A DNA stretch of 64,000 nt from Octopus bimaculoides. Lineage: Eukaryota. How positions within the stretch are numbered: position 1 is the first letter of the stretch; the number at the start of each line of letters is the position of its first letter. The position numbers and the translations under genes were made by a program. Of this stretch, positions 39,728 through 51,632 are shown piece by piece. The notes under the pieces are model-generated. The model saw only the letters and a program-made list of their open reading frames with translations. It ran no database searches and was not told the DNA's origin. The DNA lies in assembly GCF_001194135.2 (NCBI RefSeq), contig NC_068983.1, positions 135,666,210-135,730,209 on the forward strand, given 5' to 3'.

Positions 39728-40545
39728 TTGCTATATGTTTAAAAAAAATTTTTTGCTAATTTTTGTATTTTCTATTCATTATTACATGTCCATATGTGTA
39801 ATCAATAATTCCAACCACACTGATTTCAGTATGACACAAACATCAAATCAATAGTGATATAAAAAAGCTTTATTGGATAGTTGCTTGTAGACTAGGATTA
39901 AGGAAACTCTGAGTGGCAACTTATTCAAAATCAGCTATACAATCATACATACATACATACATACAATGTATATACATGTGCACATACATATATGCATATA
40001 AATATATAAGTATGTGGGTGTTTATGTACATGGCTGTAATCTTCATATTGAAAATAGTTTACAAAGGCATATAGTTGTAATACAATAACTAAATTAGGTC
40101 TTTACATCAGTTTTTCTTCACTAGTTTTCCTAAACTATAGTTTACCTGCTTATCACATCCACAACCAGTTATTTAGCTATTATCAGTTCCCTCTTTAGTT
40201 TATATTTTAGTCATTTATCAATCAATGATGGCTTACTCAACTCCCTTTTAATCAATTCTTATCATTTCTCCATAACAACACCATTTTCTTCCATAAATAA
40301 TAGCTGAATGCATTTTGTAACAAAAAAAAAACAAAAAACAAAACAAAACAAAACCAAGAAGCCTGAAGCAAATACAAAATGTCCCTTGATCAGAAAGAAA
40401 TAATCTTGGTTTAAACAATAAAAGATACCAGGAATTACCTCAACGTTTGCAACTAAATAATAGACTTGTGTTCATATTTATATGTGTATATGCATATAAT
40501 CAGATGCCTATTTATATGTGTGTGTGTGCATGCATGCATGTGTGT

Positions 40546-40636
<91 letters not shown>

Positions 40637-40669
40637 ATATAAATAAAGTTAGATAAGGCCAGTTTATGG

Positions 40670-40726
40670 GATTACCCTGGGTTTCACGTCCATATAGTAC
40701 TTAGCTTTATGGTGTATCATCAGATC
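40670..40726 (-). ncRNA. Degenerate type I hammerhead (family B)
   Basis: Minus strand: GAT-CTGATGA-TACACCATAAAGCTAAGTACTATATGGACGT-GAAA-CC(CAG)GG-TA-ATC. Core and GUA triplet are intact, stem I is 3 bp, stem II base is imperfect. Confidence 0.5.
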
Positions 40727-40743
40727 AGAAAATCTGTTTGCTT

Positions 40744-41507
40744 AAGGCCTCTCTAACTGTGAAACATGGGCCATGACTGCTGAGGACATGTGTAGGCTTG
40801 AAAAAATGAAGCTAGTATGATCCACTGGATGTGTAATATCAGTGTGCAATACACAACAGAATGTAAGCACCCTGAAAGGAAAGTTGGACATAAGAAGCAT
40901 CAAATGTGGTGTGCAGGAGAGATGACAGCGCTGGTATGGTCATGTGTTACATATCGATGAGGACAGCTGCGTGAAGAAGTGTCATACCCTAACAGTGGAA
41001 GGAACCTGTGGAAGAGGTAGACCCAGGAAGACATGGGACAAAGTGGTGAAGCATGACCTTTGAACACTGGGCCTCACAGAGGCAATGACAGGAGACCGGG
41101 ACCTTTGGAGATATGTTGTGATTGAAAAGACTTGGAAAGTAATGTGAGATTGTAGCTGTGGCCAATGCCAGTGTTGCACGACCGGCACATTTAAAAGTAC
41201 CCTTGAAGCATCGGGCGATATAATATGCTTGAGAAGACCTGTTGAGTCAAGTGAAATCGAAATCGTAGTTGTGGCCAGTGCCAGCTGACTGGCACAAGTG
41301 CTGGTGGCACATAATAAGTACCATTTCAGTGTGGATCGATGCCAGTGCCCCCTGAATGGCTCTCATGCTGGTGATACGTAGAAAACACCCACTACACTCT
41401 TAGAGTGGTTGGTGTTAAGAAGGGCATCCAGGTGTAAAAACATTGCCAGATCAGATTGGAGCATGGAAAGCAGACATTAAAAGATGATGATGATGATGAT
41501 AATGATG

Positions 41508-41510
<3 letters not shown>
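40744..41510 (+). mobile_element. RTE-clade LINE 3' fragment with (GAT)n tail
   Basis: Encodes ..ETWAMTAEDMCRLEKNEASM..W..VQER*QRWYGHVLHIDEDSCVKKCHTLTVEGTCGRGRPRKTW. Ends gatgatgatgatgat. Confidence 0.85.
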
Positions 41511-41598
<88 letters not shown>

Positions 41599-41718
41599 CA
41601 TGTATATGTATATAAAACGTTTATATACAAATATATATGTACATATGTATGTGTATATATGTATATATATGCATATATATATATGTATACATATAACATA
41701 TATGTATGTATATATGTG

Positions 41719-41763
<45 letters not shown>

Positions 41764-43204
41764 CTATGCACACACAGCTGGAAAGTTTCCCTTGAAACAT
41801 TTAAATGATATATAGAGAGAAAAATATCTCTAAACACTCAAAACGCTTAGCTCTAATGGCTTAGTATTAAACAGAAAAAGAGATAAGCTTCCCAGTGGAT
41901 ATATCACTAGGATACCTTTCAGATGATCTGGACACTATTCCCAATGGATAGTTAAACTGAAACAATATAGAACAAATCTAGATAAAACTGTCTGCAGTAG
42001 ATTTGAACTTATGATCTATGAGCAATTATTTAAATACCTTATCTGTTCAGCTATCTTACATCTACCTTAAAATACAGGGAATTTCCAAGCAGTTGTTGAG
42101 CCTGCCAGACATAACAGCCAAATCATCCCTTAATTATACTCTACAATCCTTAAATAAGAAAAGAGACATTGAATAATGTATGCTGAAGAAAAGCTTATGG
42201 AATTATTGTGTAAGAGGTGAATTAATCTACTAACATGTTTCCTTGACCCTTTAACTGCGAAATTAAATTTCATGGTTATTCTGGTAATGATGTTAAGTAT
42301 CTACCAAATAATAGATTTGGTATTTTCCTCAATAAACTTCACATGTGTCAACAAAAAAAAAAAGTTTTAAACATGATATCCCTTTATAAAAGATAGATTG
42401 CTATTAGAAACTGCTTTCCAGATTTAATGGTAATGAAATTTTGAGTAGATATATCTGGTTTCACAATGAAAAGGTTAATGTTATTACCAATTAGATTCAG
42501 TATGACACTGTGACAACAAGGCTGTACTACTGAATTGCAAGTATAATTCATCCATTCAGCAGCTTTACAGATGCTACCCATTTCACTGTGTAAGTATGAA
42601 TCAACCTGAAGCTATAGAAAATAACATGCTGTGTAGTCTAAGTCCAAAATACCATGCTGTGAAATCAAATGAAAAATCTTGCATTGTTGAAAAGCAAACT
42701 TCTTATTGATTTGGACAATCCAAAAAAGAACAAACACAAAAAACTACAATGTAGGTACATGGTACATGTAATGTATTAGCAGATGCTCAGGAAAGGAAAG
42801 AAAGATGATTTAACATTTTGAGCAGACCCTCTTCTTTGGAAACAGAAGAAAGTTTAATAGAAGGGAAGATGAAGGAAGAAAATCATCAACAATTCACATT
42901 TTGAAATGATCGGAAGGGAATGGGTGAAGGAAAAGTTATTTCTAAGACAGGAGGGTGTAGGAGAAGGAGGTATGTGTGGGTATGTGTGCGCGTGCAGGTC
43001 TGTGTATGTGTGCATAATAGCACGTGTGTGTGCATATGTGTTGTATGTGTGTGTGTTTGCGTGCATGCGTGTGTGTGTGCATGTGTGTGTGTGGTTTTGG
43101 CTGTTTATATGTGTATGTGTGAGTGAACATTATGTCGCTTAATGCTGTAGGAAGAATTTAGAAGTAGGAGTGTCTATTTTTAGTGTAGTGTGTCTCTTCA
43201 CATG

Positions 43205-43670
43205 TGCATAGGAGAATGGTCAGCAGACGATCTGACGATAGCTTGGGTAAAGTTCAGAGAGCTCCTACCTCTATTGGCAACAAAAGGTCTCTCTCTCAGA
43301 GTAAAAGGTAGACTGTATGATCCCTGTGTGTATCATACAGCTATGTTACATGGCAGTGAAACATGAGTTGTGACTGGTGAGGACATGCATAGGCTTGTAA
43401 GAAATGAAGCTAGTATGCTTTGCTGGATGTGCAATGTCAGTGTGCATGTATGACAGAGTGTAAGTGTTTTGAGGAGAAAAGTTGGGCATAAGAGGCATCA
43501 GATGTGTTGTGCAAGAGAGATGACTGCACTGGTATGGTCATGTGATGTGTATGGACGAAGACAGCTCTGTGGATGGAACCTGTGGAAGAGGTAGACCCAG
43601 GAAGACATGGGACGAGGTGGTGAAGCATTATTTTTGAATGTTGGGCCTCATGGAGGCAATGACTAGTGAC
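43205..43670 (+). mobile_element. RTE-clade LINE C-terminal fragment
   Basis: WVKFRELLPLLATKGLSLRVKGRLY...GRGRPRKTWDEVVKH, with stops and deletions. Confidence 0.8.
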
Positions 43671-43682
43671 CACCAGCCATTA

Positions 43683-43742
43683 GGGTCTGACGAGATATGT
43701 GTAAAGCTAAGTACTTTTTAGACTTGAGACCATGGGTAACTC
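43683..43742 (+). ncRNA. Degenerate type I hammerhead (family B)
   Basis: GGGT-CTGACGA-GATATGTGTAAAGCTAAGTACTTTTTAGACTT-GAGA-CC(ATG)GG-TA-ACTC. Shares the AAAGCTAAGTACT loop with 40670-40726. GAAA is mutated to GAGA. Confidence 0.5.
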
Positions 43743-43756
43743 AATGAAGTGGCCAT

Positions 43757-44722
43757 AGCTACCATTCTCTGGCGACAAAAGGACTCTCACTCAGAGTAAA
43801 AGGCAGACTGTATGACGCATGCGTACGAACAGCCATGCTACATGGCAGTGAAACATGGGCTGTAACTGCTGAGGACATACGTAAGCTCGCAAGGAATGAA
43901 GCCAGTATGCTCCGTTGGATGTGTAATGTCAATGTGAATACCCGTCAGAGTGTAAGTATCTTGAGAGAAAAGCTGAACATTAGAAGCATCAGTTGTGGTG
44001 TGCAAGAGAGACGATTGCGCTGGTATGGACATGTGGTGAGAATGGATGAGGATAGCTGCGTGAAAAAGTGCCACACCCTAACNNNNNNNNNNNNNNNNNN
44101 NNNNNNNNNNNNNNNNNNNNNNNNNNNNNNNNNNNNNNNNNNNNNNNNNNNNNNNNNNNNNNNNNNNNNNNNNNNNNNNNNNNNNNNNNNNNNNNNNNNN
44201 NNNNNNNNNNNNNNNNNNNNNNNNNNNNNNNNNNNNNNNNNNNNNNNNNNNNNNNNNNNNNNNNNNNNNNNNNNNNNNNNNNNNNNNNNNNNNNNNNNNN
44301 NNNNNNNNNNNNNNNNNNNNNNNNNNNNNNNNNNNNNNNNNNNNNNNNNNNNNNNNNNNNNNNNNNNNNNNNNNNNNNNNNNNNNNNNNNNNNNNNNNNN
44401 NNNNNNNNNNNNNNNNNNNNNNNNNNNNNNNNNNNNNNNNNNNNNNNNNNNNNNNNNNNNNNNNNNNNNNNNNNNNNNNNNNNNNNNNNNNNNNNNNNNN
44501 NNNNNACCATTTCGAGCGTGGCCATTTTCGTGCGGGTGACACGTAAAAGCACCCACTACACTCTCTGAGTGGTTAGCGTTAGGAAGGGCATCCAGCTGTA
44601 GAAACTCTGCCAAATTAGATTGGAGCCTGGTGTTGCCATCCGGTTTCACCAGTCCCCAGTCAAATCGTCCAACCCATGCTAGCATGGAAAGCGGACGTTA
44701 AACGATGATGATGATGATGATG
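43757..44722 (+). mobile_element. Young 5'-truncated RTE-clade LINE (gap 44083-44505 inside), (GAT)n tail
   Basis: ORF 43835: MLHGSETWAVTAEDIRKLARNEASMLRWMCNVNV...VQERRLRWYGHVVRMDEDSCVKKCHTL. 3' UTR ends gacgttaaacgatgatgatgatg. Confidence 0.9.
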
Positions 44723-45929
44723 ATATATATATATATATATATACACGCACACACATGCATATGCACACACACACGCACACACACAAAACTACATATACAT
44801 GCACAAATGGATGGATGCATGTAGGTTTAAATGCACACGTTCATGAATATACACATATGCATAAATGTGGAATTATCAATGTGTTAACCTAAGGTATGCT
44901 CCCTAAGAGATCATGTGTGTGTGTGTGTGTATTTGTACACACACACACACACACACACACATACAACAGACTTTTTTTTTAGTTTCCAACTCCCAAATCC
45001 ACCCTGAAGGTTTTGGTCAGTTTAGGTGGATGATACTTGCAGAAAGTGTCATATGATGGGGGCTAAACCTGAAAGTAAACTTCTTAACCACACAGCCATG
45101 CCTGCCAACTTGCTTTTAGTATGAAATAGTAGTTCCTGTATTGACTTTGACAACAGTTGTACTCATAATTACCTGAAACTCAAACAGTACATCAAATATT
45201 TTTATAAGCTCCATCTTGTTCTGTATACATCATACAGTGTGGTATTGAAAATTTATACTGTTTTAAATTGATAGTGCCAGAGTAAAGAATTATTCATTTT
45301 CATGAGGATGCTATGGAACAGATGGTAATATCAAGGATTCGGTGAATCATTCCACATCCTGTGAAGAATATCTTCCATGGTAGAATCTGGAAAAATTGGC
45401 AACAAAATTCTTTTTATTATTATTTTTGATTGTTGCTTTTTTATAAACAAGAAACTGAAAATGCTTTCATGGCATCAGAATAGCTTTTCAAATGTGTGTG
45501 TGTGTGTGTACACACACACATGTATTTATATATATATATGTAAATGTCTCTCTCTATATATACTTAAACACACACAGCCACTCACACAAAATTGGATGTA
45601 CACTTATATCAATATTTATGTATACATATTCTCTTATATATGCATACATATATGTCTCTGTCTATGTTTAGTTAAAAGCACACAAATAGATGCCTACTTC
45701 CACCCACATACACACACACACATGTGTGTATATGTCTGTGTATGTATATATATGTGCGTATATATACATATATGTGTATGTATGTGTGTGTGTGTGTATA
45801 TATATATAAAACAACAAATAATATGTACAAAGAAAATCATAACTTTATTATAGATCTCACCTTAAAAATCCAACAAAAGGAAATTTAACCATATTCTATA
45901 ATATTGAGTGCTTAATTGATATCTGCCAG

Positions 45930-46226
45930 GATTTTTTTTTTTGCAAAAGTAGAAATCTAATCTACTACATCAAATACCCTAATTGTGAAGAACTGTACAT
46001 TGGCCAGACAGGTAATGCACTATCGGAACGCTCACGTGTGCATCGACAACAGATTAAAAACCCAGAAGTCCGCCAAATACCACTGAGTAACCATCTGGCA
46101 ACATGTGGTCGTGAAACTTTTATGATATTTCCATTCCATAAACTTTACAACCTGAATGAAATTGAGAGAAAACGCAAAGAAAAGGACTTTATTCAGAAAT
46201 TCAAACCCACTCTTAACAAACAATGA
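45930..46226 (+). pseudogene. GIY-YIG endonuclease domain of a Penelope-like element (5'-truncated)
   Basis: Stop-free frame CKSRNLIYYIKYPNCEELYIGQTGNALSERSRVHRQQIKNPEVRQIPLSNHLATCGRETFMIFPFHKLYNLNEIERKRKEKDFIQKFKPTLNKQ*, with IY..YIGqT, R..H and terminal LN motifs. Confidence 0.85.
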
Positions 46227-46241
46227 TTAAATTTATCTTAC

Positions 46242-46393
46242 TTGGGGTTTAAAAATCTTATCCCTATAACTAAAACACAAAAAATCTCTCAAATGTCATC
46301 GTTTCTAAAAATAGCCAAACACCTACTGGGGTTCAAAAATCTTATCCTTATAACCAAAACACAAAAGATCTATCAAATGTCATCATTTCTAAA
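46242..46393 (+). repeat. About 84-bp tandem repeat (1.8 units visible) running into gap 46394-47086
   Basis: ggggtttaaaaatcttatccctataactaaaacacaaaaaatctctcaaatgtcatcgtttctaaa recurs 84 bp later with substitutions. Confidence 0.8.
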
Positions 46394-47109
46394 NNNNNNN
46401 NNNNNNNNNNNNNNNNNNNNNNNNNNNNNNNNNNNNNNNNNNNNNNNNNNNNNNNNNNNNNNNNNNNNNNNNNNNNNNNNNNNNNNNNNNNNNNNNNNNN
46501 NNNNNNNNNNNNNNNNNNNNNNNNNNNNNNNNNNNNNNNNNNNNNNNNNNNNNNNNNNNNNNNNNNNNNNNNNNNNNNNNNNNNNNNNNNNNNNNNNNNN
46601 NNNNNNNNNNNNNNNNNNNNNNNNNNNNNNNNNNNNNNNNNNNNNNNNNNNNNNNNNNNNNNNNNNNNNNNNNNNNNNNNNNNNNNNNNNNNNNNNNNNN
46701 NNNNNNNNNNNNNNNNNNNNNNNNNNNNNNNNNNNNNNNNNNNNNNNNNNNNNNNNNNNNNNNNNNNNNNNNNNNNNNNNNNNNNNNNNNNNNNNNNNNN
46801 NNNNNNNNNNNNNNNNNNNNNNNNNNNNNNNNNNNNNNNNNNNNNNNNNNNNNNNNNNNNNNNNNNNNNNNNNNNNNNNNNNNNNNNNNNNNNNNNNNNN
46901 NNNNNNNNNNNNNNNNNNNNNNNNNNNNNNNNNNNNNNNNNNNNNNNNNNNNNNNNNNNNNNNNNNNNNNNNNNNNNNNNNNNNNNNNNNNNNNNNNNNN
47001 NNNNNNNNNNNNNNNNNNNNNNNNNNNNNNNNNNNNNNNNNNNNNNNNNNNNNNNNNNNNNNNNNNNNNNNNNNNNNNNNNNNNNNGCAAAACTGAGTTC
47101 TAGAAGTGC

Positions 47110-48275
47110 TGTGTCCCACCCACACTTAAAAAGAAAACTTCTCACACACTCTACCACAACAAACCAAACTACACATCTTTACATCTCTTCTCTTCTTCAC
47201 ATTTCCACTTTATGCACTATGCTTACCTCCCACTCCTCAATCCTGTCTTCTTGGCTCTGTGCCACTGTATCATTGCTCTCCACTAGCCCCTGACCTGTGT
47301 GTTCCACCTACATGCTCTGTCTCACTGTATCATTGCTGTGTGTTCCATCCACACATAACAACAAAACTTTTCACACTGCCTACCCCAACAAACTAATCTA
47401 CATCTCTACATCTCTTCCTCATATTTCCCCGTCCTCACAGCCTTGTTCCTCTGTATCATTGCTATTCAGTAGCCCCTCCAACTCTATATATACCCAGGTT
47501 TTTGACACTCACCCCCACCTCCAAACTCTTTAATCATGCTTCCTTTGCAATATCCTGCCACTTATATTATGACATTCGACACTTGCCACCATCTATACCC
47601 CTCTCTTTCTTTACTCAACCATCCCATTTATATTCTGATCCCCATCCCTTGTGAGTATGCCTGGCACTTTGCCACCATCTCTATCCTGCTGTCTCCCACT
47701 CTCTCTCTCCTTTTCTTGCACTTCCTCAGGCTAGGTAACCATGTATTTCCTTTGCAGCATGTTTTTCCTGTTTCTGTCTTCATTACTAAACTCTCTCGCT
47801 CCCGCTTTCTCCCCACCCCCACCCTGGCTGGGTAACCTTGTACCTCCTCTGCAGCTAGACACCTCTTTCTGTCTCTCTGTCTCACTATAACCTTTCATCA
47901 TCCAGCAGAAGATCACCTCCTCCAATGCCTCCTCCCCTCTCAAAAGAGATTTTTTTTGTCTTACAAGTACTTGGTGAACCTGTCAGTGCAGGTACCACTC
48001 AAAAGCACCCAGTCTGCACTGTAAAGTGGTTGGTGTTTGGAAGGGCATCCAGCTGTAAAAGCCTTGTCAAAACTGATCTCACCTGTGCTTGTGCCACATA
48101 AAAAGCACTGAGTCCACTCTGTTGAGTGGTTGGTGTTAGGAAGGGCATCCAGCTGTAAAAATCCTGCCAAAACAGTTACAGAAATTTGGTGCAGGCTTCT
48201 GCCTGGCTGGTTCTTGTGAAATCATCTCACCCATGCCAGCATGGAAGGCGGACATTAAACAATGATGATGATGAT
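47110..48275 (+). mobile_element. Composite repeat: pyrimidine-rich body plus RTE-type tail with an internal duplication
   Basis: Motif gtacctcctctgcagctagacacc near 47840. The tail segment gtggttggtgtt.ggaagggcatccagctgtaaaa occurs twice. Ends gatgatgatgat. Confidence 0.65.
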
Positions 48276-49345
48276 ATCATTTTTATCATCTCACATTAAA
48301 ATATTTAGATATACACATGCACGTGAATGTATGTACATTTGTGGTATGTGTCCGTGTGTTTGCATATGTTTTGAGTATCAAGTGAATAACAATTAACATG
48401 AAATTGCTGATAATAATTATAGGGGGGAGGAGGAGGAGGAGATAACTTAAAACAAGTGTTTTAAGCAGATGTTTAGCTTGTAAGCAGCTTATTTAGTTTG
48501 AAATTGGATAATTAAACACCGACATTATTATGCATTACAATCAAATAGGATTATAAAATAACCTATGTTAAATCATCATTGCACTAGAATTAAACAATAA
48601 ATAAACACTTATAGGATAATGAGAGACAGATTAATAAATTAACAGATATGAATTTGGTGTGAGTTTGTGTGTGGAAAATGACAACATAAAAATATATAAA
48701 CTTTTGATAAACTGAGTCTGCAGTCATTTACGATTCCTAGTAGTTGCTTGTTCAGTACAAATTCACTGCTAACACTGGTGAAGTCCATGGAACTGATTAT
48801 AACTCAAACAGTAATATTTCTGTTCATGAAAAATAAAACTGTCAGCTCTTGTTGCTGGCATCGGCATTGGTATCAGCATCAATGTCATCAACGTAATCGT
48901 TGTCATCATCATCATCACCATTTTCATCACCATCACCGTCGTCATTGCCATTGTTGTTATTATGCATGCATAAAGGATAAATGGTAAAGACCCCCTTCGG
49001 TCATGAATGATCATGGGATTGCACCTAGAAAGTTCGTTTTTCAGCGACAGTTTGTTACTGGAAAAAACATAGCATTTTGTGTGTGGAATTAGTTTTCATC
49101 ACTAGCTTGTGATTAGCAGACACTGATGATGGGTTATTACTCAGAAACCCACGTCTGTGTGTATCATGTAAGGTTAGAAATGGGAACAATGATTTCCCCT
49201 TGCAAACACTAATTGGACACAGACAGTGTGTCATAAGACAGCTGCGGGAGATGTTCTCCTGGGGCTTAAAATAACAGTAGCATCGTCCTCCATGGGAGTG
49301 CCACATTTAGTTGGCAATTATATTTTATATAATTATATATATATA

Positions 49346-50146
49346 GTAGCAGAGACATCCGGCGTTGCTCAGGATTAAAATGGTATAGTTTATATATAAT
49401 ATATTACAGTTATGTTGAGATAGAGTGAGTGAGTGAAGGTGTGTGTCGTGATGGTTAACGTCTTTTATGGTACACACACATACAGAAAATGTGACGTCAT
49501 CGTATAAAATTTTTACGATAGTTGATTTATGGAAAAAATTATGCTAAATTTTTGAAATGCAAACATGTGAATGATAATTAAGTTTAATTTGTAGCCAAAA
49601 TAGTACTGAATCTTTTGATACTCCATACGTCAAAATCTGTAACTCGGTTTTGGAAAGCATAAGGAATATATAATATCAATGAGGCAGACCTCTACATGGT
49701 AGCTAGACCTGGTAGAAATAGCAGCCAAATCTCCCTCAAAACACCCTACTGTCTTAATCCGACAATTCTACCTATTATGTAGTTTGAATGAGAAACTAAC
49801 TAAAGATTAAGATTATTAACCTCAGAGAGAGAGGAAATAAGAGAGACAGCATAGTGACGGTTTTGGCTGACTGTCATCCTTTACTACCCTTGTTGCTAGC
49901 GAAATGGACACAAATGTTGCTAGCTGTCTGAGCAACTGATTTTTTTAATGGTGGAACAAACAGAACATAAAGATTACAGAAACAGCGATTCTCACTTTGA
50001 AACTAACAATTTTGAAAATCGTTTTAGATTATGGAATGCCCAGCTCTCTCACGTATCCATGTTTAAAATTTCAGTGCAATCGGATGAACAATACTCAAGT
50101 TATAAGTGCACAAACAAACAGACAGAATGGATTTTATATATTAAGA
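49346..50146 (-). mobile_element. Complete non-autonomous Helitron (about 800 bp)
   Basis: Minus strand starts A|TCTTAATATATAAAA (50146) and ends hairpin cctgagcaacgccgg...CTAC|T (49346). Inserted between A and T. Last about 70 bp are homologous to the 3' end of the Helitron at 39655-39727. Confidence 0.8.
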
Positions 50147-50450
50147 TAAAGCAAATGAATAACAAGGACGTCAAGGTATTAGTGCATTATGGCTGTCTCA
50201 GGTGATTCCATTTAATTGAACAATGCAAGCATTACATCAATTTGAAATGCATCACCATCTTTGGATGCAAAATATAGGTTTTCAACATACAGGATACTCC
50301 ATTATAATTTTTAGCAAATATTTCATCATAACTAGAGAATGAAAGAATTACACACTGCTACTATTGTAGCAGAATGAACTTAGAGAGAAAAATACAATTT
50401 TTATCTATCTCCTTATCAATACGGCTGTAATGCACTAATACCTGGACATA

Positions 50451-50935
50451 TCAGACCCTGTGTGTGTCAACATGTATTTTTTTTTTCATTTGGATTAAAA
50501 CAATATAACATTGGTACTGGTTATAATAATGTGTCAAAAGTGAAAGAATAAGATCTATATTGTAATGTGATATAATGTTGTTTAACTTTTATTCTTTCAC
50601 TTTTAATTCTAATGTGATAAGCCTATTGTTTCACTTTTAACTCTAATGTAATAACACTAAGATCATTTTATTTATATTATACTTGAAATAAATGAATAAT
50701 CTATATCCTAATGTGAACAACATTATGCATCAGCAACTTTCTCTCTTTACAGCCATGACAGTGGAATGGTGTGTCAGTGTATGCCACCAAAGAAAAGACA
50801 TACTCTTTCCAGAAACAAGTATAAAGCAAGGAGGATTGTAGACTAATGATCAGCAAATGCATGCTGCAGCACATCAAATGGAGTCTCAAGAGAGAAGGGT
50901 GATGAGACTTTCCCAAGATCAACAAATGCATGCTG
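50451..50935 (+). mobile_element. 5' fragment of the same Helitron family as 38207-39727
   Basis: Collinear with 38223-38730 (atatcagaccctgtg...atgccaccaaagaaaagacatactct...gcatgctgcagcacatc). Confidence 0.9.
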
Positions 50936-51155
50936 AGTGTTTATATATAAACCATGGTTTATATATAAAAAGTAAGGAAATGGAGATATAGAATTTAATA
51001 TAAATTTATAATCTGCAAAATCAAACATAGTTCCTTAGTACTGTTTCAATTAAGCTAAAAGATTAAATAGCAATTATTAAAATCATTATACTAAACAAAA
51101 TCTCTTCAGGGAGGCGGAAAAAAGATATACCATTAGGTTTCTTGTGTTGCATTTT

Positions 51156-51360
51156 AGAGTCACCACAGCAGACTGTTTGAAACGATATGATAACAAAAAG
51201 CAATCCTCTATACTCTACCAACATGCCAAAGACCAACATGTAGGCACACTAACCTAACTTGACATCTGCATTTTATCCAAGCACCCGAAGGACCCAACAC
51301 TCAGACAAGTACAAGAGTGTGTCCTCATTAATGAAACATCCCCAATACTAAGTAGGAAAT
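51156..51360 (+). pseudogene. C-terminal half of a second, divergent GIY-YIG domain (Penelope-like)
   Basis: KRYDNKKQSSILYQHAKDQHVGTLT*LDICILSKHPKDPTLRQVQECVLINETS, then a frameshift to PILSRK. Matches the S.L..H...H / R...E...I....P.LN layout. Confidence 0.5.
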
Positions 51361-51564
51361 ATACATAGAAGGTGTCATACCCCAATACCCACTGTTTATA
51401 TGGTCACAGAAACTGATACATAGACACACACAAACATGCTCACACAAGGAGACAGAGGTACACAAACAAATGCACATACATATAGACAGACACACACACA
51501 CACAAACATGAACACACAAGCACATGGATATGCAGAATACATACATACAAGCGTGCACTCATGT

Positions 51565-51632
<68 letters not shown>

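Noticed and set aside
46242-46393. Tandem repeats as a possible CRISPR array (also 61963-62046)
   Set aside because: No unique spacers, no cas genes, eukaryotic context.
51030-51112. Minus-strand CTGAAGA...GAAA-CAGTACT-AAGG hammerhead-like pattern beside the second GIY-YIG fragment
   Set aside because: Lacks the U16.1/H17 arrangement and convincing stems I and II. Would need a deletion to fit.
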